This document shows, one piece after another, positions 1 through 11,651 of a stretch of 58,430 nt of DNA (position 1 is its first letter; each line of letters opens with the position of its first letter). Where the stretch lies: the NCBI GenBank assembly GCA_964483725.1, contig CAZACQ010000003.1:1-58430 (forward strand). Direction: 5' to 3'. The notes beneath the pieces are model-generated. The model searched no databases. It was not told the DNA's origin and saw only the letters and a list, made by a program, of their open reading frames with translations. The position numbers were made by a program, and so were the translations under genes. Source of the stretch: an uncultured Candidatus Peribacteria bacterium (GTDB lineage Bacteria; Patescibacteriota; Gracilibacteria; Absconditabacterales; Absconditicoccaceae).

Positions 1-136
1 TAGTTTTTGCAATTGGAAAAACTTTACTTTGTAATTCAATACCTTAGTTTCAAATAAAATTTCAAAAAATAATGAATTATATAAAATCTATGAAGAATAT
101 ACAAAGTTTTTGATCTTACAAATTTGGATGAAAAAA

Positions 137-343
137 TTAAAATCAGACCTGCAAATAAAATAAAGAAGCAAAGGGCATAGGAGTAAGATAAGCAAAAAAT
201 CAAATCAAAATCAAAATTCATCAGATAAAATACCTAAACAAAAAATGAGATTTTAACAAAATAGAAAAAATGTAATTTTTATTTACAATTTTGAATATTT
301 TATAAAGATCTTTTTTGATTTTCCTATTAAGTTTGTTTTTCAT
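137..343 (-). CDS. small basic/hydrophobic membrane protein (hypothetical)
   Basis: Code-25 ORF from ATG 343 to TAA 137 (68 aa, MKNKLNRKIKK...FIGGILILIGFF...) with 4 in-frame TGA. It overlaps the alternative ORF 24..221, so only one of the two can be real. Confidence 0.3.
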
Positions 344-402
344 ATTTAGTAATTTTTTTAATAATTTAGAAGTCATTATAAATATATAATAAAAATAATC
401 AA

Positions 403-440
403 TAAAAAAAACTCCTCCACTAGTATACTAGCAAAGGAGT
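403..440 (-). terminator. Rho-independent terminator of the GC-rich ORF
   Basis: The minus strand reads CTCC-TTTG-CTAGTATACTAG-T-GGAG followed by T8. The hairpin begins 15 nt after the TGA at 455..457. Confidence 0.6.
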
Positions 441-454
441 AAAATGTATATATC

Positions 455-727
455 TCACAAAGCAAGCGGGATTTTTTTGAATCCCGGCTTAATGCCCGTG
501 ATTTTGTTGATCATCCTGGCTGAGCTATCATTGCCAACCAGAATTCCTCCCGAATCACCACAGAATACTGGCATTCCTGCATTGTGCAGGAAATCACGAG
601 AAGCATTCCTCATCCTCCTCATGGAGAGGAATCTCTGGATGTCTTCAAAGGTGATATCACCTTCGAAGTGGTACACATAGGTGCATGCTTCCTTGCACGC
701 TGCATTGATTTCACGGAGATTATACAT
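455..727 (-). CDS. GC-rich, foreign-looking 90-aa protein of unknown function (standard-code stop TGA at 455; extends to TAG 428 under code 25)
   Basis: ATG at 727 is preceded by AGGAGG 6 nt upstream. There is no in-frame TGA and all 8 Gly use GGN. The ORF is visibly GC-rich compared with its flanks. Sequence: MYNLREINAACKEAC...GDSGGILVGNDSSARMINKITGIKPGFKKIPLAL. No family recognised. Confidence 0.6.
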   Translation of the reverse strand: MYNLREINAACKEACTYVYHFEGDITFEDIQRFLSMRRMRNASRDFLHNAGMPVFCGDSGGILVGNDSSARMINKITGIKPGFKKIPLAL

Positions 728-761
728 GACACACCTCCTGGTGTTTTGTGTAAGGATTTTT

Positions 762-789
762 CTTATAATTATTTTTTTCTAAAAGTCAA
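762..789 (-). promoter_or_regulatory. sigma70-like promoter for 455..727
   Basis: The minus strand has TTGACT (789..784), a 16-nt spacer and TATAAG (767..762). The SD AGGAGG lies at 739..734. Confidence 0.5.
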
Positions 790-860
790 ACATTTTTTAT
801 TTATAAAAATACAGGTTAAATATAATTAATATTTTATAAATATTAAAAACCAAGCACTAA

Positions 861-2333
861 TTATTTCAAAGATAAGTTTTGAAACATAGAGTATGAACTT
901 ATTTGTTCAGATAAATCAAGAATTTTTCAATAATATTGTTCTCATTCTGTATCATTTAGAAATTGTTTCCAATTTGTTCAATGATTTTGAAGTAATCTTC
1001 ATACCCTACCTTGTCATCTATTGTATGCAGTAAAAACTATATCATTTATATCATATTGATCAGAATTATAGTTTTCAAATTCTGAATACAAAAATAGTAC
1101 ATAATCAAGACCTCTTTCAATATTTTCTTTTGGATTAAAAGGATTAGTTGTCTTATCAAAAATATAATTAAACCTATCATCTCAATTTGTAGCATCTCTT
1201 CACATATAGATATTTTTAGTAGTTTGAGTTATTCATATCACTCAAGTATGAGAAATATTATAAGTTTGAAATTTAGACTCTAGCATTATCATTCAATTGA
1301 AAAGTTGGATAAATTCTCATATATCAATATATTGCTCAATTTCAGATCTCCTTGTATATATAGCATTTGTAATATAATCATTTAGTTCTAAATAGTTTTG
1401 AAATCAAACTTCATTAAAAGAATGTATTTGTTTCACTCTCAATCAAGAGATTAAATCATTTATAGATCTTTCTTTAGAAATTTCCAAAAACTCTTCTCAT
1501 GAAAGTGATGAAAAATAATCTCTAGATACATTTATCCTATGAAGTGTTGCTAAATTATCAAATAATTTTGATATATCATCATCATATCAAACAGAATAAT
1601 CTATTGTATTTGTCAAAGCATCTATTTCATTTACAATATATTCTCTTACATGATAAAGTGAATCTAATCATTTTATAGTATCAAGAGTTTCATTAAGCTT
1701 ATTTTCTAGTTTTTTTTGATATACTTCATCATCAAAATAAATAGGATTTATAGGATTACTACTATATTTAACAGTATTATCAATTGCATTCTTGAAAGCT
1801 TCAACATAATCTTGATTTATTTCAATTTGTGATTCTTTTTCATAATGACGATTATACATATCTATATTGATATCTTTATCAAAGTAATCATAAAAATATC
1901 AGTTGAAACTTGAATTATAATACAAAACATCTCATGGTAATACTAAGTTATTAGATCTTTGGAAATACAAATGTCATTCATTTAGATAAAGACCATTGGT
2001 GTTTAAAAATCTTTGTACTTCTCTTTCATCAGAACGAGATATACCAAATTGCCTTAAGATTTTATAAAATCAATCTCAATTTGAAACTTGATAAAATTCA
2101 AAATCATATATATTCAGATTAAACTCTTTGTAAGCATCTCTTTCTCTCAAAAATTCTTCATCCAATTGATAGTCATCAGTAGAATCATATCTTCATTGAT
2201 CTAATAAAGTTACAATATCATCACTTGTTTTTTTTGAAATTTCTGATACTCAATCTTTTTCTGGTCAGTCTGAACATCAAATTGATGTAGAAAGTACTCC
2301 TGCTGCCAAAATTCATTTTAGTTTTTGGTTCAT
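861..2333 (-). CDS. lipoprotein with C-terminal lytic transglycosylase (SLT/GH23-like) domain
   Basis: ATG 2333 to TAA 861 (490 aa). The N-terminus MNQKLKGILAAGVLSTSIGC carries a lipobox. The C-terminal SHTGVIGITQ ... AYNRGQGRV matches the SLT S..G..GLMQ and AYNAG motifs only when TGA is read as Gly. Confidence 0.7.
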
Positions 2334-2479
2334 TTTATTTACTATTTTTTTTGATAAATCTTGTTTTTATAAACAAATCTTGTACACAATCAAGTACAAT
2401 TTTATATAATTATTTGAAAAATTCAAATTTTAAGTTATAATATAATAGTTTATTTTATATTATATAAATAAAAATAATA

Positions 2480-3118
2480 ATGACAGAAGAAAACAAGAAT
2501 AAAACTAAAGAAAATAACGAAACAGAAGAAAATACAGCTAAATCATGAGATTGAGAAAAAAAACAAACTTGAAATTCTCAAAATGAGGACAATAAAATAA
2601 CACAAGAACACAAACAAAGAGTAATTAATGACCTAAAACAAACAGCAAAAGATATGCCTATGTTGGTAAGATGAGCATTCAAACCTGTAATTTCTTATGT
2701 AGAAAAAAAATATGAAAATATGCCTGAAGAGAAAAGAAAGCATTTAGAAAAAATGATAAATGATATCAAAAAAGAATCAAATAAATGAATATCACAAGTT
2801 AAAAGTATGGTTTCATGATTTTTTGCAAAATGACAAGAAAAAGCTGAGGAAGCAAAAGAAGAGATAAAAAAAGAAGCAGAAGACAAAAAAGAGAACCTAA
2901 AAGATAAGGTTGAAACTAAGAAAGAAGAAGTTGAACAAAAAGCAGAAAATTTTAAAGAAAAAGTTGAAGACAAAAAAGAAGAGACAAAAGAAAAAGTAGA
3001 ATCAAAAACAGAAGAACTAAAAGAAAAAGCAGAAAGCAAAAAAGATGAATTAGAAAGCAAAGTAGAAGAAAGAAAAAAGAAAGTTGAAGAAAAACTAAGT
3101 AAAGATGATGAAAGCTAA
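2480..3118 (+). CDS. Lys/Glu-rich coiled-coil repeat protein (LEA/apolipoprotein-like)
   Basis: ATG 2480 to TAA 3116..3118 (212 aa). The C-terminal half is made of repeated K.EE.KEK.E units. There are 7 in-frame TGA in the N-terminal half. The track ORF 2695..3060(-) is its antisense shadow. Confidence 0.65.
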
Positions 3119-3423
3119 AACTTATCTTTATATTTTTTGATAAAGAAATCTAAATTTGATATTTCATCATCTATTAGTGATTTATTCATATGAATATGTC
3201 AGCATTTTTGACATTCAAATTTTATTTTTATTTTTCAATTTGAAATTATATATTCCACAGGATACATATCTCAATAACATTCAGAAAGCCTGTCTCAAGG
3301 GAGTTTTTCATCTACATGCATACTAGCAAAACAATATGGACAATGATTTCTACAGGTTCATTTGGCTTTGGGCACTTCTTTTCAGCATTCAAAACAAATA
3401 AAAGATTCATTAATTTTTTTCAT
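3115..3423 (-). CDS. RNHCP domain-containing zinc-ribbon protein
   Basis: ATG 3423 to TAG 3115 (102 aa). It carries CFECGK ... GTCRNHCPYC. It converges on the previous gene with a 4-nt overlap. Confidence 0.75.
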
Positions 3424-3524
3424 ATGATATACTAAGAAAAAATAAATAAAGTTATAATAAAATATAGTATTGAATTCAAGAAGATATTTATTATAAAATA
3501 TAAATTTAAAAATAACCTTTTGCT

Positions 3525-5243
3525 ATGCTAAACTTTGAGAACTTGAAAAATTTACAAAAACACATTACTTACCTACAAGAAATTATACAAAAAGAAGACA
3601 TTTTTATAGTTTGATGATCTATTAGAGATATATTATTATGATTTGAAAAAGACCCCAAAGACATTGACATCACAGCAGGTTGAAACCCTCAAGATATTTA
3701 TGAAAAAATAAAAAAAGAAGATATTTCAATATTCAAAACGGATAAATTTGGTACTATCACTATAATACCAAAATCACAAAAGTCTATAGAAAAACTTCAA
3801 TATGAATTAACTCCACTAAGATCAGAATGAAATTATGAAGACTTTCGTCATCCTTGAGAGATAAATTGGACTAGTGATATTTTATTGGATAGCAAAAGAA
3901 GAGACTTTAGTATTAATTGTATTTATTATTACTACTGCCAAATAGATATCCAAACAGAATCTAGGAAAAAAATAAACAAAGAAAGTGAATTTCACAGAAT
4001 ATTGGATCATGAATGATATATCTTCCTAAGAGACAAGAACTGTTTGATCATCAAAGATAATGACACAATAGCAAAACTTTTTAATGATGCAAAACTTGAT
4101 AAAGATAAATTAAAAGAACTTACAAATAAGTGATATTTTTTGGATAATGATGAAAAATCAGGTTATTGAATACAAATAATAATTGACCCAGCTTGATGAA
4201 TGCAAGATTTGATAAGTAAGAAAATTAAGGCAGTATGAAATCCTGATGATAGATTCCAAGAAGATGCACTTAGAATTATTAGATGAGTAAGAATACCAAA
4301 TATTCTAAACCAGAAAATAGAAAAGAAATTTAAATCCGAATGATTGAAAGAATTAAAAACTTTTGATTATGATACACATACATGGAAAAGTATGAAAAAG
4401 AACTTTTTCTTAGTACAATTTATAGCAAAAGAAAGAGTCAAGGATGAAATAATGAAATCATTCAAAGCTAATAATCCTTTTGGATTTATAGTTTTATTAG
4501 ATGAATTAAATATTTTAAAATATTTGTTTCCAAGTTTTTATTTATGTAAGAATTCAGCACAACCTGTAAGATATCATGCATTAGATACTTTTGCTCATAC
4601 ACTAATGACATTTTACCATGTACAAAAAATAAATAAAGATACTATAGTAAGATTTGCTATGTTATATCATGATGTATGAAAACCTGATCAGTATTATTAT
4701 GCATCAATATGATTAGAAAAAGAAGAAATAAGAAAAATGCATGGAAGTTATGTAAATCATCCAATATCAGGTAAAGATATGGCAATAAAAGATTTCAAAG
4801 CTTTATGATTTTCAAAAAAAGAAGTAGAAGAAATATGATTTTATGTAAGAGAACACTTACTAATTTGAGAAGTTTTAAGTGCAAATGAAGAAAACATTCC
4901 CAAAAAAATAAAAAAACTACTATCAGAAATATGATACAAAAGACTATTGAATTTGGTAGACATATGCATAGCAGACAGACAATGACAGTACAATCCTCTA
5001 CAGTCAAGCAATATCCAACCACTTAAAAATCTAAAGAACTTGATAAAAGATATTTACAAAAAACAATGAGAATTTTCACAAAAAGATTTAGCAATAGATT
5101 GAAACGATATAATAAAAGAACTTGGAATACAAGCTTGACCAGAAGTTTGAAAAAAAATAAAAAAAGCCTTGGATTGGACGATCCAAGACATTAAAAATAG
5201 AAATAATAAAAAAGCTATTATAGATTTTCTAAAACAAAATTAA
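3525..5243 (+). CDS. cca: CCA-adding enzyme / poly(A) polymerase-family tRNA nucleotidyltransferase with HD domain
   Basis: ATG 3525 to TAA 5241..5243. The whole frame was checked codon by codon and is free of TAA/TAG (572 aa). Motifs are VGGSIRDILLG..DIDI, RRDFSINC and YHDVGKP (HD). Confidence 0.8.
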
Positions 5244-5246
5244 ATA

Positions 5247-6317
5247 TTATTTTATATTCTCTACCTCATCAGTTTGTAGTTCAAATTGATATATTTTTAG
5301 TAAATTCAATATCTTGAAGAAGATAAAACTTAATATTCAAATAACAAAAAATACAAATCTAAAAGAAGGCCATAAAAGTAAAAATAAAAGTACTATAACT
5401 GAAGCCCTAAATCAAGGTTGATCATACCTTTCTGATATTTGGTCTATGAAAACTTCACAAACTCATTGATCTACAATTTCTCTATCTTGCATTACATTAT
5501 CTACAAATTGGTTTTTCCATGAATCTATTGTTCACAATAGTCATCAAGTATATGCTTCTCATTGAATAGCTTCTAAAACTTCATCTTCTGTCATACCTTC
5601 TAAGTCTGATTCTTGTATATCTAATTCTTCCAAATCTCATGTAAACGATTGTAAATCTGAATCTTGTACATCTCATGTAAGTGATTGAAGATCTCATGTA
5701 AGTCAATCTAAATCATCTGATCAAGTTCAAGGTAGTCAAATAAGTTCACCAAATTGTTTGTTATAAAATCAAGAAATAGAATCTTTCAACTGATCAGCTT
5801 CTTGAGCTGGTAATTGCAATGGTGCAGATACTCAGTCTACAAAAAGATCCATATTTTCATTAATTTGATCACATGTAAGATTGAACTCATCATATTTTGA
5901 TATAAATGCTAATGAATAAGTCAAAGCTACAAAAACACTAAAAAGCCCTACTCAACTATTAAAAATAGCCCAAGACGACAAAGTTTTCCTATTGTTAACT
6001 TCATTATCTACACTTAAAATTAATATAGCAAATCATATATGAATTACAAAAAGTGATGAAATTTTGAATAAATCATCATATCATAAGAAAAAACTTAAAA
6101 GTAATGAAGATATAAGAATTATAAAAGCTAAATATCAAGCTCAATAATCTTTTAGTTCTATAAAAAAGAAATGCAAAGAAACAAAAAATAAAATTAAAAA
6201 TACTGATCACATAAGCCAGTATTCTAAAAAGAAAAATGAATAGACAAAAAATCAGTATGCAAAAATTGCAAAGAATATAGAAAAGAATTTTCTGAATGCA
6301 AACAAAAACTTTTTCAT
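5247..6317 (-). CDS. multi-pass membrane protein with acidic LTGD-repeat loop
   Basis: ATG 6317 to TAA 5247 (356 aa). Hydrophobic N- and C-terminal segments flank an acidic loop, ...DDLDGLTGDLQSLTGDVQDSDLQSFTGDLEELD... Confidence 0.6.
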
Positions 6318-6342
6318 TAGTTGATAATAAATTTTAAATATT

Positions 6343-6558
6343 TTAATTATGTTTCCTAATAGACTGATAGTTTTTTTCAAATTTTTCTAAGTCTTTAGTA
6401 ATTTGTCCTTTACCTCCATCAGGTGTAGAAAAAACAAAAGACATTGTTTTCTTCATTTCATTAATCGAAGAATCAAGAGTATCTTTTATATTATCATATA
6501 AAGATTTTCTTGTTTTTGACTTTTTTAATTCTTGTTCTAATTCTTGTATTTTGGTCAT
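6343..6558 (-). CDS. small coiled-coil protein (71 aa)
   Basis: The ORF is intact in both codes, from ATG 6558 to TAA 6343. It starts 3 nt after the stop of 6561..7001, which suggests an operon. Confidence 0.55.
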   Translation of the reverse strand: MTKIQELEQELKKSKTRKSLYDNIKDTLDSSINEMKKTMSFVFSTPDGGKGQITKDLEKFEKNYQSIRKHN

Positions 6559-6560
6559 TA

Positions 6561-7001
6561 TTATATAACTATTCTATTAGTTGTAAAAACAAAAACTTCT
6601 ACTTTTCCAGATAAGTTATACTTCTTTTTAACCAAAGATAAAGCATGTTTTGCATCAGCAACTCATTCTATATTTGGAAGTATAGCTCAGGTATCATCCG
6701 AATCTTGGCAAATAAGAAAGAATCAATATTTTTGGGGATCAGTTTTGAGAATATCTTCAGGATTAGTAAGTTCTTGAATATTATCAACTACATCTATCAC
6801 TGTATATTTAAGTGACTTTTCATGATCTTCAACTACTCAACTATATAGTGAATCAATACATGAATCCAATTCATCTTCTGTGTAAACTACTCAATTCGAA
6901 AAAAGTTCTGTTAAATTTTCATCAAATCATGAAAAGAAAATTCATTTTTTCTCATCAGCTGAATAGTCTTTATAAAGTACTTCTTTTATTCTTTCTTTCA
7001 T
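6561..7001 (-). CDS. hypothetical protein (146 aa)
   Basis: ATG 7001 to TAA 6561 with 8 in-frame TGA. Sequence MKERIKEVLYKDYSADEKKGIFFSGFDENL... No family recognised. Confidence 0.55.
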
Positions 7002-7078
7002 ATTAGATTACTTATTAATAAATATAATTTTGTTTTATGATATATATTTGATAGTATTTTTCAAGATATTAATTATTA

Positions 7079-9889
7079 CTAACCTTTTCAAGAAACAAAA
7101 TTCATAAATCATTTTAGTCATGATTCTATTGATGACTTAATATTAGAATATGTGGATTCATCTTCTGAGGCAATATTTCTTTGTCTTTCAGTATACCAAC
7201 TAGATATAGTTTGATGTTCTCAAGGCTCAAAATTTGAAATATTGAATTGTCCATTAATATCTACAAAATCAAATCAAAACTTATTAAGTTTATCAATTTG
7301 ATTAAACTCAGCAAAAAATTTATCTATTCAATATTCTGGTGAAAGAATTATTTTTTCTCTTATATTTTCCAATCTTTCTTTGGTAGAACCAGAGTATTGA
7401 TCAATAGTTGTATCTAAATGCTCTACAAGATGTTTTCACAGAACTTTTCAAAATGATTGAATATCTTTAATATCTAACTCTCTATTTAAATTCAATCAAA
7501 ATTTTTCCATAAATTCATCTGCTGATCAAGAAACTCTTGAAAAATCAAGTCATCTTGAAGAAAAAAATTCTCACAGAATATTTTTATTTAGATCAACTCT
7601 ATCCCTTCAAGTAAGTGTCTCAGAACTATTAGGATCTTCAGGATCATAAAATGGATTACTAGCTTCTGTACTAGATTTGTATTCAAAACTAGGCTCTCAA
7701 TTTTCATATGAAATAGCACTACTAGAAGCAGGCCAATTATTGTCTACTTCAGACTCTATCTCACTTACTTCTTGATTTTGTTCCCATTGTTCATATTTAG
7801 AAGGATTGGAATGAACTATATAATTATTGTACAATACTTCTTCAAATTCTTCCTCAGTAACTGAAAAATTCTCTTCAATATTTTTTTCATGCTCATCCTT
7901 TAAGTTTTCTCTTAAATAAGATATATCTGACATAAAATTTTCATCTGATTGAAACATAGACTTAAGCTCAGGTATTTTTTCTAAGTTTTGTGTTATTTCA
8001 AGATATGCACCCATTGATTCTGCCTTAATATACTCATGACTTATAGAATTAATTTCATCTATATCTGAAGCAGAAGATATCTTATCACGAAAATCATCTA
8101 TAGCATATCAATCTTTCATATGAGATCTTCAAATTTGTAATAATAAGCTTGATTGCAAGTAAGAAGATTCAAATCATTCTAATGATTCATTTTCTGGATT
8201 AACATAATACCTCAACATTGCAATCACCATTTCTCTATTTTCTGTGAAAAGTTCTTCTTCTCAGAAATGATCTTGAAGCATAGGAATAAATTCTCTTCAT
8301 CTATTACTAACAGCATCAATAGCTTCTTTGTCTTTTAGAGCATCCATAAAATCATCAACACTTCTAGTTAATCATAGTATTGAATTGTCTAGCTCTCTCT
8401 TATCTTCAATTGATAAGTCATGATTATTAACAGGATCCTTACTATTTATTAAATCATCTAACTTTTTAGAAAACTTCTCCAAAATTAAAATTCACATTGA
8501 CCTATAACTACTAGAGTCATTTGCACTCACTTCTTCTCGAGACTCTGTTAAAGAACGTGACACTTCTTCTCAGTCTATCCAATCATAATCTTTAAAATAC
8601 TTATCGAACATTTCTGCAGTATCTGACTGCAATATCATCATCTCAATCGATGCAAAAGTTTTATTATCCAATGTCATTTGATATATAGATTCTAGCCTAT
8701 TTATTTCAGATTCATCGAATCAAGCTTCTTCAAACTGGTGTTCAAGTAATTCAGATATATATTTGTTATCCATAAACACAGAATCATTTTCTAGCATAAA
8801 GTTTTCTATATCATCAACTGAAGCTCAGTTTTCAATTTCTTTATTTATATCACATAGAAAGTTAAATTGTGAAAATCATAATTTGCTTTGTAATGCATCA
8901 AAAGAAAGCCTTCAAGATTCCTTTAAGTCATCTTGAGATTCCAACATATTCATAACTTCATCTGAATTAACTCCTGATAGAGTATTAAACCAAATTATAT
9001 CATTAAATAAAACATTATGCATATCATCAGATAATAGTTCTCAAAACTTATCTAATTTTTCATAATAATTTAAATCAGAGCTCAAATATATATTATTAAC
9101 TTCATCTATTAAATTATTAAATTCTGATGTCTCAGAATATTTAAATATATTTTTATATGCTTCTTCATTTCTATCTATTCTATCAGAAATTATGGATTCA
9201 AAATAAGCAATTTCATAAAGATCAGGTACACTTGAATTAAAATCCTCACTATTATGAATATCTAAAAACTCATTAATTCTTCCAAGAGCATAATTTCAAA
9301 TTTCAACTAGTTTTTCATCATCTTCATTGTTTTCATCTATATCTTCTATCAGTACAGATCTTAATATATTATAATTTACTGAATTAGGTAAAGCTCAATC
9401 ATCGTAGGCAAATTTTTCTAAAAATATGTTATTCTCAGATAAATTAGAGAATTCTGAATTAATCTCACTTACTAAGTCATCATCATCAAGAAATCTGGAG
9501 ATTTCATCTTTTTGAGATAGGTTAAAAGTTAAAGAATTTAAAAAAGACAGGTTAACAGATGTTTTATTATCAAACATATGAAGGGAATTGGAAGCAGAGA
9601 AATTTTCTCTAGGTCTAATTATAGTATAAATAATTTTATTTAAGTTATCAGTTTGTTTATCATCTAGATTTGATAATCAATAATTAATATCTATATTATC
9701 TAATAGATCACTTACTCTACTATAAAGTGAAATAGGATTTTCACTTGGAATCAAAAAACCAAAATTTTCATTCATAAATTTGTCTGTATCTGATTCATAT
9801 TTTTGTTCTAAGTCATTATCAACATTTTGATTTTCATAATCAAATTTATCATTCATATAAGAAGTTGAATTTGAGGTTTCTAGTGACAT
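7079..9889 (-). CDS. large acidic protein (936 aa), no recognisable domain
   Basis: ATG 9889 to TAG 7079. Track fragments 9677..9889, 9395..9577 and 7697..8014 are all in this one frame. The gaps between them were scanned and contain TGA but no TAA/TAG. Confidence 0.7.
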
Positions 9890-9958
9890 ATCATAAATAT
9901 ATATAATTAAAATTACTAATTAATTATAGTAATTTTTTTGTAATTTGTCAAATTTTAG

Positions 9959-11545
9959 CTATTCCTCTTCTCACTTATTTTTAAGTAATGGCATAAAACG
10001 AAGATATTCCAACAACTGTAATCAAGTAAATCTACCTACCAATACATTTATTAACAATATAATAAATATCATATCTGGATAAGAAAGCATAAAAAACTGA
10101 AAGTTTGGCCAAGTAATAACAAAATATATAGTTATTGAAACTAATAAAAATTCAATAAAAGATACTATCCAACCCTTACTAAACAAAGTAAAATTTTCAC
10201 TAAATACCTTATTTGCAACAATTATAAGAAAAACCAAAGGAAATATTATAAAACTATTTGCAAAAACTGAGTAATCAATAAAGTTCCATCAAATAAAATT
10301 ATCAAACCATAAAACTGAAAAACTTATTATAAAATATATTATCATAAGCAATGATATCTTTGCACTATACAAAAGATAGATCCTCTTAGTAAAAAACCTA
10401 ATTATTAATGTAGACAAAAATGCAATAAATAAAAGTATAAAAGTTAGCTGAATTCACAAAACCAACATACTAACAGCAAACAATATTGGATTGTAAACTC
10501 CAAAAACAGAGAATCAAATAATTTGTCTAAATATAGTAACTATCAAAACTGCAACACTCAATGTTAACATAATACCCAGTAAACTTATAGGAAATTCATT
10601 ATAAATAAGAAAATCTACTACATAAGACAAAAAGTATTGTTTAGGTATTTCATCAAAAGAAACTGAAAATATTTCAAGATAATCTTTACCCTCAGCTTCA
10701 AAATCATCTTTTGAAAGATCATCCATAAAGTTTAATAAGTTATTTGAATCTACTATATATATGTTTGTAATTCAAATCTTATTTATATATTGGGACAATG
10801 TTCTTTTAATAAAATTAGTATTTGTTGAACTTACTAAAAAAAAGTCTTTTTCTGATAGATTTAGTCAATATATCCTACTTAGTTTTCACAAAAATTCAAA
10901 AATAGAAGGAAAGTTTGAATTATTAATTATTATTTTATCAGATTCTACAAAATAATATATATCATCAGACATCAATTGAAAAAATTCATCTTCAAGAAAT
11001 ATTGTTTTTTGTGGTATAAAAACTCTTTTCAAAAACAAGTCTTTTTGTTCAAAAGATGATTCTATAAGTCACAACTGATCTACATCATCTCAAATATAAA
11101 AATATATATCATCATAAGACCTAACTTTTTCCCAAATCTCATATTCACATCAATATTGATCTACTACATATGAAAAAATTTCGTACTCTCAAGTTTCAGG
11201 AAAATTATAACTTAAACTAAATCAATCTGTATCATACACCTCTTCTCAATCATAATATACTTTAATAAAACCAGAAACAGGAGAAAATATAGTAATATCT
11301 TCTTGAGGTTGTACCAAAAAATCAGAATAAACTCATGATTTAAGGTTGAACTTTCAAGACAATAAATATTTATCATCTATACATTGACTTGAAGTATTAT
11401 CATTACCTGTCATAAAATTGGATGGCATATCTCATGTCATATAATCAAGAGAATCAGTTTCTATTGACTCTACTGGAAGATCTTCTGCAAAAGCAAAAGA
11501 AAAAAATGTTATGATAATAAACAATGAAAATATTTTTTTAATCAT
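9959..11545 (-). CDS. signal peptide + extracytoplasmic domain + C-terminal ~7-TM module (membrane protein)
   Basis: ATG 11545 to TAG 9959 (528 aa). The N-terminus is MIKKIFSLFIIITFFSFAFA. The C-terminal 250 aa is a series of hydrophobic helices. The frame was scanned and is stop-free. Confidence 0.65.
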
Positions 11546-11651
11546 AGATTTTCTAAGTTAATAATATAATTAAATTGATAATTCACAAATTATGAGTATA
11601 AACAAAGATATATATAAAGATTTTATTCATTTTTTCAAATAATAAATAAAT

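Noticed and set aside
24-221. Track ORF 36..221(-), which extends to TAA 24 in code 25. It is a hydrophobic, low-complexity peptide.
   Set aside because: It overlaps the alternative code-25 ORF 137..343 and has no convincing start context. Neither ORF is well supported, so only the one with a TATAAT-like upstream element is listed, at low confidence.
444-829. The GC-rich patch as an RNA gene. Three overlapping track ORFs (444..680+, 455..727-, 584..829+) suggested a lack of real coding signal.
   Set aside because: The multiple open frames are simply a consequence of GC-richness. Only the minus ORF has the ATG, AGGAGG, -35/-10 and terminator architecture. No RNA-family motifs were seen.
2695-3060. 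Ser/Phe-rich 121-aa minus-strand ORF.
   Set aside because: It is the antisense shadow of the Lys/Glu-rich (AAA/GAA repeat) gene 2480..3118. The same applies to 24015..24550(-) inside the M23 gene, 54485..55087(-) inside dus and 13040..13249(-) inside the coiled-coil ORF.
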